This document shows, one piece after another, positions 50,692 through 64,000 of a DNA stretch of 64,000 bases. A program made the position numbers and the translations under genes. How positions within the stretch are numbered: the stretch's first letter is position 1; each line of letters begins with the position of its first letter. The stretch is taken from NCBI GenBank assembly GCA_037379345.1, contig CM074522.1:5394001-5458000 (forward strand), given 5' to 3'. The stretch is from Perna viridis (lineage: Eukaryota). The notes beneath the pieces were generated by a model, which saw nothing but the letters and a program-made list of their open reading frames with translations, did not search any database and was not told where the DNA came from.

Positions 50692-53290
50692 AACAATTAT
50701 CATTATACCTTTGTCTGGTTGCCCATGAAAACGTGCTTGAATATTTAGTATACAATTTACTGAAGGTTCAATGGAGTTAGGCAAAACTTATACAGGCCCA
50801 CTTACACAACTAATGCTTTTTCTATGGCAATACAAAGATTATTTGAATGAGTAATAATTATATAAACGGATCTAACTTTATTTTCATACTTTTGAGTCGC
50901 CCAAAATAGCAACTAAGTCTTGAGTATTCCGTCAATCAATGGCTTGGTGTCCGCATTAAGTTAGTTGCCTATTTACATAACATTGTTCATAATCCCTAAA
51001 TTGGTTTCATTTGAATTCTACTCATGCAAATATTGTTCACGTATTACTCACGCGTCCTTCACTTGAAATTCACTTGGCGTGAACATAATATGAAAACTTT
51101 ATACCGTATTTATATAATTAACGTGAAGGTGGTTTCGCGTGATCTCTATTTAAAATTCCATTTGCTCAATTGGGTAAAAACACATGAAATTTCAAGCTCC
51201 AGGCAGCGGCAGTCGTTTGTTTTCTCTCTTACTCGCCACTACAAACAGGCCTTTCGAAATTCTCAGACATGATTCAACTCAATCGGATAACGTTGAAATT
51301 GTTAACATTTCCCGACTATAAGATTCTTGCATTTTCCGAGAGAGCTGACTGCAGCGTCTAGGATGAATTTCGATCGTCAGACGCTGTTTCGGAGCTTTGC
51401 AAAATTCGTGTGAAATCATGTGAAATATTTTTTTTTTCTCTGTAAGTGCAATAATATCTGCCTGTCACTTGATTTGACTCATTACAAATCAGTTCCTTGA
51501 TTGTCAATAGCACTTGTAATGATATGCATACAAGCGTTTATGCGTTCGAAAACTTTCTATTAGTCTACTGCAATTACATAAAGGTGCATTGACATTTGAC
51601 GACAATTTTATATTAAATTTGTTATGATTCGGTTGTGAATGTAAGTTTTTTCTTCATAAATCGTGCTTTATTTCCATATTAAAGGATTGCATGATATCAA
51701 TGAAAAAAGAACATGACTTGTAGATTTAATACCAAGTTGCTTTATGTGCATATATCATGCGAAGTGTATATTGAATACACAGATATAAGCATATTACAAA
51801 CTTTTACTGTGATATAGAACGGTTGAGTTGGTTTAAAAAAAACAACGGAATAATTTCTGCAACCCGCGACTTGCGATAGAAAGCATACTGTTATGATTTG
51901 TTAAAGCTATTCTTTGTTTTGGCGGTGATAGTTCTAGAACTGGACCAAAGTTCTAAAGTTGATTTTCTTCATTCATATGTTCTATCGTTAGCGATGTTTT
52001 TTTTTTTAATTAAGGATGACTTGTTCATTCCCTTTCTTTAAATGTGGTCCAACCATTGCTTTTTGTTACAGTCAAATTACATATTTTGTCAACTGTACTT
52101 TGACGATATTCAGAAAAAAAGTTAACGTTCGGTGACTTGAAGGACCTAGTTGAAGTAGGCACTTCGCTGGATTCGTGTCCTGATTTACATGCCTTTACTG
52201 CAGCTTGATATAAAGCCAGACAAGATCTGTTCATATTTATACCCTGCAAATTGCAATTTCAGAACGCTTTTCCCAGTTTCACCATGCAAGGGTACTAATT
52301 TGTTAATCATTGGTACTCTTGTATTTTGTGTCAGTGTAAAATCTAAATCTAAATCTAGCATTATATACAATCAATACAAACGTACAGCCTATTCCTGAAT
52401 AAAAAAGATAGAATTAAGTCATTTTGTAACCATAAAAGTCAGTTTGCATTAACCCAATTTTTAACATCATACATCGGTCTGATATACAAGCACAAGAACT
52501 CTTCAACTTTAAGACGTCAAAGGTTTAATTACAATCTGAACATACATGTTATCTTTAGGGGTTTATTTACATAAACTGGTATTGAACGAAGACTGTGACA
52601 TGAGTATTATATTTCAAAAAGTCATTTAAAGTTGTCAAATTTCAATAGCATTGTAAAAAATGAGAAACGAGCTCAAAGAAATAATGAATTATTGTTTTTC
52701 AATTACTTCTTTGTAAGTTTTCTCCCCTGATCCGTGACGTTTGGCGATTATATTTGCTCAAGATAAGAACAAGGTTTTTTGTAAAGAAATCGAAGTGTCT
52801 AAAGTTCACGTAAAATAAGTGCTACAATGTCTCATTACAGTATTATAATTACAAAGTAAAATGTAACATGCTGTCTGATCATACTTCTCGCTTTCATACT
52901 GCCGGTATTAATACAAGTGTGTTAGTCGTTGTATTAAGTGGCAAAGGCGGAACCAATAAGCCTGGGTAGCCAGAGTGATTTTCTAAATTTTTTTGAATTA
53001 TTATTATTGTTTTTTTTTTGTTAAAACATTGATAAAACACAAGAAACATAGGATTTCAAACAATAATCATGCAAATTTGTTATTAACCATTGAATTGGTT
53101 ACACATTTTGCACATTTTTCTTGAGGAAAATATGTTACTCCGACTTTAACCCCCCCCCCCCCCACCACCACCTTGTTTTGTATCCGTGGATAGGCCACTG
53201 ATAATATAGCGTCATAACATACGTTTGTACATTTAATGAAAGGGTAAGTTTGTAGTTGAATATCAGATCTGTGTATTTTTCAGTGTATAA

Positions 53291-53470
53291 TGGTCCATGC
53301 TCCCAGTTTTTAATGTAGTCCGAGTTGCTCATTTGCTTTTGTTATTTTGTATGTATGATTTTAGTTACTTTATGTTCTTTGTTGTGTATGTCTGTTTTCC
53401 ATGTCTGGTCTTCGTCCCTGGATTACATTATTTTGATTACTGCTATAACCGTGGTTCCCTTGATTACTCT
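53291..53470 (+). mobile_element. Naiad-type PLE short 3' fragment
   Basis: TGGTCCATGCTCCCAG...GGTTCCCTTGATTACTC. Confidence 0.85.
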
Positions 53471-54339
53471 TTCTTATAAGGCAGTGGGTGACGCATGTCC
53501 AAATTTTGTTCCTAAAGTTTTCATTCATTAGAGTTGTTTTGTAATTTACTAAAATGGTAAGAATGAAATTACAAAGAAAGCGCTACAAATTTTAAAATAA
53601 AGGGAATTAACTCTTTGATCTGTTCATAATTTTGTTAAATTGTTAAGGAACTGAGTCATCCATCTTCTTATACAGAAAAAATCCCTATTCTTTATGGCGA
53701 CAAAATGAGTTTAATAGCATTTCATTTTGGAACAAAAAATTGTTGTGATGAATTTTATCCTGTGCAGCCCATACATGTATCGTGAAAGGTCTGCCTGGTT
53801 TCTGCTAAGCTCGTCCCATTAGATGAATCAAATATAGGCTAGGACACGTCATTTCAGCAATGCATTGTTTCATTTTTCAGCGAGTTATAACTCCCCCTGA
53901 TGAAGAAAAGCGTTCAAGGCTATAGGGAAAATGCATCAATTGACTTATCTATTGGCCCTCAGTGCAATACTATAAATATTCACAATAAAAGTGACAAAGA
54001 AATTTTTCTATAGTTACAAAAACATTATAATTACAAAGTACTAAATCGTTTTAAATGTTAATCTCTCTGCTAGTTTTATTGTAACAGAAGTCGTTTAATA
54101 TGCATAAACATTTTAATTGCAAATAAATTGAAAATCTGAAATGTCAGAATGAACCTTTATTATCTAACACTAGCAATTTGTAGTTTAAATCAACGATTCA
54201 AAATTCCTTAAACTTCGTAACAGGTGTGTAACACTGCAATCCATGATATGAAAACAGATAATAAACATTACTTCAGCACCAGTTTCAACTCCATTACGAA
54301 GGGTTTGTACTATTCGGATTCTGATTGCCAGTCTGCCAT

Positions 54340-54840
54340 TTTTTCATATCACAACTCATACGTTATGCCATAGATTGTCGAAACTACGCAGACATTTTGT
54401 ATCGCGCTAGAATTCTAACAAATAGGCTTCTGGAACAGGGTTATGTTGCTACCAGACTGAAGTCATCACTACAGAAGTTTTATGGTCGTCATCATGAACT
54501 CGTGGATCTTTATGGTGTATCCATCTGCACCATGAAAACTGATTTATTCAACGGGTCATAGTTTTCATTTCCTCGTTTGTCTACCCCGGACTTGACTTTT
54601 TATGAGCAACTCGGCGGGTGTTTCTAGAAAAGCAGAGGACACTTACCCTTCCGGTGCACCTGGTCCATGCTCCCAGTTTTAAGTGGAGTCCTAGTTGCTC
54701 ATTTGCTTTTGTTACTTTGTATGTATTATTATAGTTACCTTATGTTCTTTATTGTGTTTGTCTGTTTTCCATGTCTGGTCTTTGTCCCTGGATTGCATTC
54801 TTTTGGTTACCGCTATAACCTTGGTTCCCTTGGTTACCCT
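54340..54840 (+). mobile_element. Naiad-type PLE 3' fragment with intact RT C-terminus
   Basis: FISQLIRYAIDCRNYADILYRARILTNRLLEQGYVATRLKSSLQKFYGRHHELVDLYGVSICTMKTDLFNGS* followed by the conserved 3' region. Confidence 0.88.
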
Positions 54841-55799
54841 TCCAATAACCTTCGAATTCAAAGTTATCAAAATTTGTGTCCAGGAACTATTTCACTATCA
54901 AACTAAGCATTTTTCACAAAAGGTTTCTACCTATTGTCGGTTTAGTATACAAAGAATTTATCAAATGGGCCTTTTCACTTTTGAATAAACTTTTAATTAT
55001 GGACTGTATTATGATCTCGTGGTGCTTAAAAGCCCTTTAATAAAACAAGATTTCCTTTTTATATCCGTATACTTTGTTTACTTTCGGATTAGTTCCCCAA
55101 AAGGTATCAATGATTTCCATTTTTACTGATTCCACTTCAAATTTTATATAAATTAAAATTTTACATTGCTCTTACGTAGAATTTACTAATAGATTTCAAA
55201 ACATTCAACAGAGGCATAATATACTGGTTCCCTACTGGTACAAAAATTTAAATGAACAAGTGAAGTGTTGGGTGTCCGGTAACACTGAAATAATGCACTG
55301 GAGTTTTAATTTTGGTATATTATTCTAATTTACTTTTTAATTTTTGTTCAGTATTTCTTATAGGTTCTTTTGATTTGGTAGGTCCAAAAGAACAATTACA
55401 AAAACCATTATTTTTGTTAAGGTTTAATATATAATATGGATTATGATATTAAATTCTTAATCTGTGGAAAGTTGGTGGATTGGAACAAGTGGTTTAATTA
55501 GCACCGGAATTGAAAGCTAATCTTATTTTTATTTGTAACTTCGGAATAAACACAAAAGGCAATGATACTAGAGGATTTTTCTTTGTTTACAATAGACTTA
55601 TACATGAAACGCATGTTGGGAGTTGAAGTAATGGGTTAATATCCGAAAAAAAAACGGTAAGGCTAATTTAGTAAACTTTCATACGGTATAATTCTAAATG
55701 AGAAAATAAACTTATTATTATCACTCAGTTTAGTAATTTACTGGTTCATCACTGCAAGTTTAGATACTATCATTACACATAAAGTAAACGGTGTTCCAA

Positions 55800-56290
55800 T
55801 ATTTTCACTCTCATTGCTCAATGCACCGTTCCTGACGTCGGTCCATGTATTGTTCCCTTTTGCCCCTTACACCCTGCACTTTCACTGCTCCAAGTACTGT
55901 TCCCTCTGTTGTCACATACACCATAAACTTCCATTGCTCTCTCCATTACCCGATACACCATAAACTTTCACTGCTTTATTCATTGCTCTCTCCATTGTCC
56001 CATATACCATAAACTTTCACTGCTCCATGTACTGTTCCCTCTGTTGCCCCATACACCATAAACTTTGACTGCTCCATGTATTGCTCTCTCCATTGTGCCA
56101 TATTCTATAAACTTTCATTGCTCCATGAACTGTTCTGTCCATTGTTTCATACACATTTTCTTTCACTGCTCGCTGTACCGTTCCGCATTGTCGCTTTCTC
56201 ATACCTTCCTTTTGTCGCTCCATGTATTGTTCCTCACCTGTTTTATACTGTTCCTCCCATTCCTCCATTTTACTAAGTATTCTCTTATCG
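55800..56290. repeat. Degenerate pyrimidine-rich tandem repeat
   Basis: Recurrent CCATAAACTTTCACTGCTCCATGTAYTGTTC / CATTGCTCTCTCCATTG motifs. Confidence 0.75.
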
Positions 56291-59200
56291 CTTTGTACAC
56301 TGTCCAGTCATTGTTACTTTGACTAATCTACCATCGCTCTAGGCGCCATACTTGCAAGTTTTGTTCAGAATCTTCATCGATTCATATGCTTATCGTGCGT
56401 TTCATTACATACTAAATAATGTAGCAAGGCCATGTCAAAGCACAATCTCTAAACGTTATATACACGGTAAGCTCAGTACCAAATGCACAAACTCTCATCG
56501 CTCCATATACTATACTCAAAATGCTTCATGCTGTAACATTCATCGCGTCATAAACTATACTTTCAATGCTTTATATACCATACTCGTAGCTCCATGCATC
56601 ATTCCCTAGATATCTGTAGCGCTTTATGCCATTATCTGGATCATCTGGTTATTCATATGGTCACACACTAGGATACTTTTTTCAATCTTGAATTACAGAA
56701 GTTAGAGGTGAAATAAAGAAATTAATTGCATTTTAAACTTTAAAAAACTCTTCGTCGAATCAGGCTCATAATTAAGGATCATTAAAGTATCGAGGTCGTA
56801 TGGAACAGGCCATTTATCAGCCCCTTACCACATCCATTGAAGACCCCTTGTAGGGATATTAGTATATATTATACCAAAAATAGATACATGTAAGAAGAAA
56901 ATGTTAAAAGCTTTTGATAATAGGCTAATAATAGTGTTAGTTTCAAAGATAGATCTAATTACTGCTTGCTTAGACTGGTTCCCTATCGCAGTATTCAGTA
57001 TGTTACTATTATATACATATAATGTATGGCTAGTAACTAATACCTGGAACGTAGTCCCGCGAACAAAGATACGTTTGCTTGACATACGATAGAATATTAC
57101 TGCATTCTTGTCATAATAAACGTGGGACTACATATATATAGTAATTACACATGTACATGTGGGATCAGAATCCAAACTATTTCCATAAATTGAATTACGT
57201 TTGGTACATGTCTATTTTCTTATCAGACAGCATAACTGTGCTAGGATGTTAATTTTTTTTTAAATATACAATTAAAATAAGAAGTTCTTGAAACTATATA
57301 CACGTATGCACGCCAGTATAGAAATATGCATAGAGGTCGTTATCTAGACAGGCAATTCTCAAAAGTCTTTAGTCGATTCTTGGAGTGGTAGGGATAAAAA
57401 AAGTTTCTGCTTGTCAGGCATTGTTCTAGGGTATGATTTTAGAACTGTTAGAAATGTCAAAATTTGTTCTGGAGTAGAATTGACAGTAACTTTTCATTGG
57501 TAGAATAGCCGCGGGTTAACTGTTTTAGTCCGCGACAGACATGTACAAAATTGTGAAGTAAATTGTTGGGATATATATATATATATTTTTAACTATATGC
57601 TGTAAAAACACTTTGGATGAGCGAAAATTGCAAGTTCCACTGTCGTGGTTCTCCACATATGTACACCATACGTCACCATAGCTCATATATGAAATGTATT
57701 AATTGTAAACGTAAGATTTTTAACCATTTTATTTGCATTGATGGAAATGTGTGTATTGCATAACAGCAGGAAAAGTCTTTCGAATAGATTCACATGCCTA
57801 TATATGTAGTCCGAGATACGACAGTTATTGTATTGACATGTCTTTTTTATTGTAACTTTCAACAAGGCATGCAGATCAAGATTATCACACTGAATACAGT
57901 CGTATAATGTCACAGTAGTCTACATACAAACAAATCAGAGTAAACTCTCAAGTCTGGGAATATTTAAGTTCCAAGATGAATTGATCTTCCCAGTGGGTAA
58001 TGTTCTCGGACTATAGTAAGGGGCTGTTTTTGATACACAAGGGCATGGTCTAATCTTGTGAGATTTTCTAATTAGATTATTTTATTTCGAACTTACTTAC
58101 TGTGCAAAATATGATAATTAATTTTATTTTCAATTCATGAGTTTGGCAAATTGTAAATATTCTTAATTGCGTGTAATTATATTAATATTTCGGGGTGATA
58201 GAAGAACAGAACCCTGTCTATGGGTCTACAATCTTTTTATGCGTTGACTTTTTACATGAAATGTAACGACTTTCGGTGTACATGTAGAAAGCATACTTAT
58301 CTACGAACCAGAAACATGGTTGGGTTTAAAGAAAATCGACACCGGTCGCAGCTTCTTGTAAAGCGAAACTTACTTCCGGTATTATTTGTACTAATTCCAG
58401 TGGTCATGACTTTTTTCAGTTTAGAATACTCTAACACAAGGTCTATCCCATACGAGTCTTTGCCTGGTTCACGTTCTGGTGCGAAACCAGTTATTTTGGA
58501 AAATATTTGTCCATGATATTATATGCTCTTTGTGCCTAACTATTTCAAAAACAACATTTTGCCCAATGAAGAGGGGTTCCAATGCCCGGAACCCCCTGCC
58601 TCCTCTGGAACCTCCAACGAACGTACATGTGTAGTATTGCATTTCATATTAAGCCCCTAATGCGGACCGACTGTATCATTTTATCAAATGGATCCCAACA
58701 AATAGGTGATTGATAAATTGAAGTGTCGAACTCAATCAAACCATTACATCAAAATCTAAATATTTAATACTATCGAAACCCTAATTCAATTTAAAAGATG
58801 ATATCATAAATTAAAAATTTAAAGATGGCTATTTGCCAGGACCTAACACATTGTTTGTGGCTTATTACAATAACCGTAGGATAAGGATAATCCCTTTGTA
58901 TAACTTGACTTCAGTGGATTATCGGGGAGCTATAGTTAATCCTTCATTGCCAACAATTGTTGACCTTACATTGTTGCCTCTGGAACTAAAAGCAGTTGGG
59001 TGGTTCATTGGTAGAAATGTTACCTTCAACTTCTTTTCCAAGTTGAGAACACGAATAAAAGAGAAATGACATTTGTTGGAATAAGCGAACTTGACATGAC
59101 TTTTTTCCCTCATATACTACAACTGTTGGAATACTGATATGTACATGTACAGTAACTACATGTACAAATGACATTAAATTTGGACCATAGTGTACATTAT

Positions 59201-59389
59201 CCGAAATTGACTTTCTTGCGACACATCATATTTGCATGGTACTGTTACATGTACATATACATGAATTGTGTGAGTTTTAGGATTGAATTTCTAAAATGAT
59301 TCTATCAAGATATGAGTGCATGCGACGACAGAACACTCAATCATTTTGCCCCTATTTTACTTACACGTGAGTTTTACTTTTCCTTTCAG

Positions 59390-61267
59390 TATGGTGGCGG
59401 TGACAATGATGTACTCGTGGTCACGGATGATTTGAGTCAGCACCGAGATGTTCTTCGCAACAGATTTCTAAAAACACAGGAAAGAATGATGCGAGAACCA
59501 ACATTTAGTGCAGCCTTTAAGCAGGGTATTTCGACCATCAATGGAATGTCTCGGCTTTCCGATAAACTCCGGAATGTCACGATGTCCGATTTAGAGTTGC
59601 CTGATCGGACTGGCTGGCTATACGATCAAGGTGAACACAAACATGTATGGTGTGTGATCGCTGACATGCTATTTTGTGCATTTGACAGTGATTCTTCTGA
59701 AAAGCCGAATATCGTAGTTCTGTTACCCGGATGTTCAATTCGTTCACTTGTTTACCGGACAGAAAAGTCGAAAATTGTTTCATCTAAAACGATATCAGGA
59801 TTAGATAAGTATCAAATTATTATTGACGATTGTTCGTCTAGGAAGAAGTATTTGTTCAGTGTAGATAATCATTTCGAGCAACAAGAATGGATGACACAGC
59901 TTAAAGATGCATCAAAACTAGACGACGACACTGAATCGAGTGTCGAAACCGACATCCGGCGTCATTCAATTGCTTGTATATCGTCACGGCCTCAAGGGTC
60001 TTTCACATCACCCACATACGCACCTTCCCCAAAAACAACAAGCGGAAGTCGATCTTACGCATGGAATGATTCTGCTGATGACAAGGACGAGGACATATCC
60101 GGTTGGAGCCGAAGTCAGCAGGTACGAAATTCTATAGGAGACATCAGGCGCAAGCTGCGTCGTGAAACAGAATCAGAGCATTTGAAACCAACTCCAATGA
60201 AAGCAACACATTTTGAGAAAGCAGAATCACAAGAAAAGAAAGTTAACGCTTTCAAGAAAATTCGTTCATTTGGAAGCTTAGAAAGTTTATTCCGCCCGAA
60301 AAGACGACATAGCAAATCAGAAGAGAATAGAGAAACCGGTTCTCTTGATGAAGTAAATAGTGGGGGCAGTTCTAGCCCAGACTCATCACTTCGGAAATCT
60401 CACAATAAACGCTTATCGCAATCTCTTGATTTTGGGAAATCGGAAAAAGGTCTAAGCAAAGGGTTAGTTCGGACGGCGTCTGATCTCAAGGACAAGTTAC
60501 TGAAAAATTCACAAGACAAAAGCTCGAGTTCTAAATTTCGTTTGAAAGACTTAAAAGACATAAGTATATCGGGATTTTTACAATATAAACATTTGATTAA
60601 GTGGCAGAAAATATGGTGTGTCATAAATCGAGGATGTTTATATGGTTTCAAATCAGACCGAGATGACGAAACTGCCGAGTTTGTAGTAATATTGAACCGT
60701 TGTGAAGTTGCCTACATTTCCGACCAGGACAAACGTTACAAAAGATTATATGTGTTCAAGTTAACACAAAGAAACAAGAAAAGCATATACCTCAATGCTT
60801 GTGATTACGCAGATCTAAGTCGCTGGTTGCAAATTTTGCAAATGGAGTCAAGTAAAATTCAGTGCGATTCGGACTTAAAAGGAACAGAAGTGAATGGTTC
60901 TGTGACTCTTCGTAGTAAAAATGGCTTTGCGCGAAATTTTACAGATTCTGACTTGACAAAACGATATTCTCTTCCGAATGGTTTCGGAAGCGGAAGTGAC
61001 GAAACATTTTCCTCATCTGCAGACGATAGTGATTGCGTTGGTGGTATTAACAACTACCACAAAGCAGTACCCCCACAGCATGACGAAACTTTAAAACAAG
61101 TATGGGAAAAAGACAAAAACTATCTATTCAACGTTGTGAGAGCAAAACTCAGCTCGTACAAGCAAAACAATGACATTACCAATAAAGATATAAATGGTTA
61201 CAAAGGAGATGGTCTTCATATTGTTGTAGATGATAAATCGTTGACAGACGTTGGAAAAGCATCAGTG
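59390..61267 (+). CDS. 1878-nt internal exon (626 aa) encoding two pleckstrin-homology domains separated by a Ser/Arg/Lys-rich linker; gene continues beyond the window
   Basis: Acceptor ttttcctttcAG at 59388-59389 and donor GTG|GTAAGT at 61268, both phase 0. PH1 is TGWLY...HVWCVI...YLFSVD...EQQEWMTQL (~59608-59913). PH2 is SGFLQYK...WQKIWCVI..GCLYGF...YVFKL...IYLNA...DLSRWLQIL (~60566-60850). Confidence 0.9.
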
Positions 61268-61350
61268 GTAAGTACCATATTTTACATGTACATGCCACTT
61301 TCTATTTTGAAAATTTATTCTCTTAATATTTAAAAGTGAGAAAATTAGTA

Positions 61351-61515
61351 CAGTAAAACTTGTCTTAACAAAATCATATTTGGTTCTGTTTAAAGAGGTG
61401 TTCGGTTTGCTCAATTTCAAAATATATAAAAAAAAACGGTAATAGGTATAAAAAAAAGTGTGGTTTAGACCAGTTTTGCCTTTAATGCACGGTTCGGGTA
61501 GGACAGGTTTCATCG
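61351..61515. mobile_element. Short TA-flanked MITE of the CAGTRAAAC family
   Basis: TA|CAGTAAAACTTGTC ... GACAGGTTTCATCG|TA, with internal GGTGTTCGGTTT / GGTTTAGAC motifs shared with the 42-bp-array MITEs. Confidence 0.6.
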
Positions 61516-64000
61516 TATATATTAATGATCTCCATGGTAATACAGTGTATCATATATTTTTGAGGATACAGAAATACAACATTGCTAATGCACTTAGTCG
61601 TACCATTGTTAAAAGTTACACATTTATTTTTGTGACTATACGGCGAAAGTTAACCTGTACCGTATGGACCATACCGAAAGAGTCCTGGACGACGGAACAC
61701 TTTCATTAAAGGCAACCCTACCACGGAATAAGCATTTATGAAAACCAAGAAATATTAAAGCTGGCATCTGTGCATTTAAATTTTGTGTGTCGCTTTTCTT
61801 CCTTCCACGATAAATTAATCATCATGCCTTTGTGTGCTGTAGGTACCATACATAGCCGCAATTGACATCCTCGCCTTTGATTATTCCTTTTGAGTTATTT
61901 TGGAAGATGACACATAAAAAGTAATTTTGATAATTTAATGATGCCAGTTATAATTATATTTTGCTAATTGGCTATTTTGCCATTGTGTAAATAAACTATA
62001 TATTATTTCAAAACTACATGTACATGTAAATATACATGTCTCTGGAACTATGTGCTTAGACACTGAGCGTTTTTACAGGACACATAAGTGTCCATGCGAC
62101 CATTTCTAACACGAGCTACTGTAGCTTATCAACTGGGAAATAGCTGTAACTTTATGAGAGGTACATGTACCTTGGGGCAGAATCGATTTGACAGACATTT
62201 TCAACCTGGAGTTTGCGAAATTGAATTAGTCGTTCGTTTTTCAATTATGCATGATGTTGGAGAGTTTTGTGTTCATTAATTTTGGTGTTCCAAGTGAACA
62301 GACAAAGAACCTGAATTACATGTATATAACGCAAACTGGCGCATTGTATGATTCCATGCGAGTTCTAAGATAAATTGAATGTGACTGTCATTCGTAACCA
62401 TGGGGGTGAATTTAAATCAAGGAATTCAGTGTTAACAATTTACAACAAGGCTTAATGAATTTATATACGTTTGAAGTCGATCCTGGTTCTTTCCTTTTAT
62501 CCTATCACTATTTTGCAATTGGACCATTATTTGAGGCGTAAAAAATCAAACAATCAATACGAATTGATTCAGTACATGAGAACTTTGATTTAAATTAATG
62601 TGTCATTAAAAATGACTTTTATAAGTGATTCAATTGAGAGGCGGGTTCCTAAAATATTTACATCGTACCATATATTTTATTTAATCATTATACAATTAAT
62701 ATAGGTACATAACTTGAAAACCCCGTTTATTTGTTCATGGACCAATTGGACCGACAGTTGTACAACGATAGATAACTCTATTACGATTTAGATATCATCT
62801 AGTCCTCGGGACATAGATATAACATATTCCACAATACTGCATGTATGCTACAAGGTAGGATTTTTTCAATGATTGTTTCCATTGCTTTGTTTTTGTTTTT
62901 TGTTGTTGTTATTTTTGTTTATGTATTTTTTTCTCTAGCGGAATGCTAAATACAGTTATATAACTTTAAATTGTACAGCTCGCTCATAAAGGGAGTTAAT
63001 GTAATAGTACTTCTGCAATTAGCACGACTCAGATAACCATTTCTCCCATCGTTTATGTAAGAAATATATTTGAATTCGTAATTTGCTCTTTTTATTTAAG
63101 TCTCTCTTAGTTTTGATCAGAAAGGAGTGTTTTTAATATCTGTCCAATCCATATGAAATTCAGACATTGTCCATGGTAGAGGTGATTTTTAGTGTAGAAA
63201 AATCCACCGACAAAATACGCTTTTCCGGTCTTATACGCTATATTTTTTATGAAACGATAGCCATTTTTGTATTTTGATCTACATTTTTTAGAACACCATA
63301 CATTCATCTTCTGATAAAATCAACCAAACCAAATCAAACCGAGAAACGATAACTCTTCCAAAGTACCAATTTCATGCACACTTTAGACTATATAACTTTT
63401 AACTCAAAAAAGCAACCTTAGACTGGCTACATGTATGTAAAAGTGAATGTACGAAGACAGTAAAAAGGCAAATTTTGAGGAATTGCCGGAAGTTGACTTG
63501 TTCCATAGGGACCTCTCTGGAAGAGCCAATATAAAGCCGCTCATGACCTTTCAGACGGTTCCGCATGAACATCTACGTAAAGGCGGCCCATGAAATATAC
63601 AATGTACATATGGACATGCACATGACATGACCGACTGAGGCGCGTATGGACAAAGGATGTTGATATTGCCGATAAAAAGTATAACATTGTTTTTATTCAA
63701 ATCAGTTCACCTTAAAAGAATTTAATCTGCAAATCTCATGTTGAGTTATCTAACTTCAATAAAAAACAATTGTAACGTATTTAGATCTATTTAGTATCTA
63801 CTTAGATACGCCAACTCATTAGGTTATTTGACAGTTAACTGCCTAAGTTAATTATAAACACTTAACTTCACTTTGATCATAAGTAGGATTGATGACTTAA
63901 GATACACATGTTTAACTTACACTTATTCAGAGCGATGAAACGATATGAATTTCCTCCTCTTAAAACGAATTTGTAAATATATATAACTTCTTTTTTATGA

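Noticed and set aside
52025-52370. Minus-strand ORFs next to a ttgcAG acceptor-like site
   Set aside because: No recognisable domain and no partner exons identified.
4028-54988. Recurrent hydrophobic ORFs such as LLICFCYFVCMILVTLCSLL (4028, 5695, 7214, 14898, 15190, 53297, 54667)
   Set aside because: All come from the T-rich non-coding 3' region of the Naiad copies and are not membrane-peptide genes.
56017-56322. E/Q/M-rich and Cys/His-rich short ORFs
   Set aside because: Translations of the degenerate tandem repeat at 55800-56290.

Overview
AT-rich eukaryotic genomic DNA with spliceosomal GT-AG introns and dense transposon relics. The repeat families suggest a bivalve mollusc, probably a mytilid mussel (inference). 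Three + strand protein-coding genes can be reconstructed by eye. (1) A complete 6-exon gene (780-6945, ~353 aa) for a secreted tandem two-domain C-type lectin with non-canonical QPA/QPS and WHD motifs and a Thr-rich tail. (2) A gene for a giant (~2410 aa) protein that is probably secreted and almost wholly low-complexity: a 37-nt signal-peptide exon (12733-12769) joined to one 7.2-kb exon (21665-28860). It has Trp-Lys repeats, alternating basic and Asp/Tyr/His/Ser blocks, and only a terminal CxC. It is a candidate new shell-matrix or adhesive protein. (3) The 5' part of a tandem-PH-domain protein gene (exons 40346-40789 and 59390-61267). The rest contains ~9 3' fragments of a Naiad-type Penelope-like retroelement carrying a conserved pseudoknot-like RNA motif, an RTE-X LINE 3' end, TTAA-flanked MITEs, MITEs with internal minisatellites, Helentron-like fragments and several tandem arrays, one with an exact 147-bp higher-order period. 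No rRNA, tRNA, CRISPR or prokaryotic features were found.
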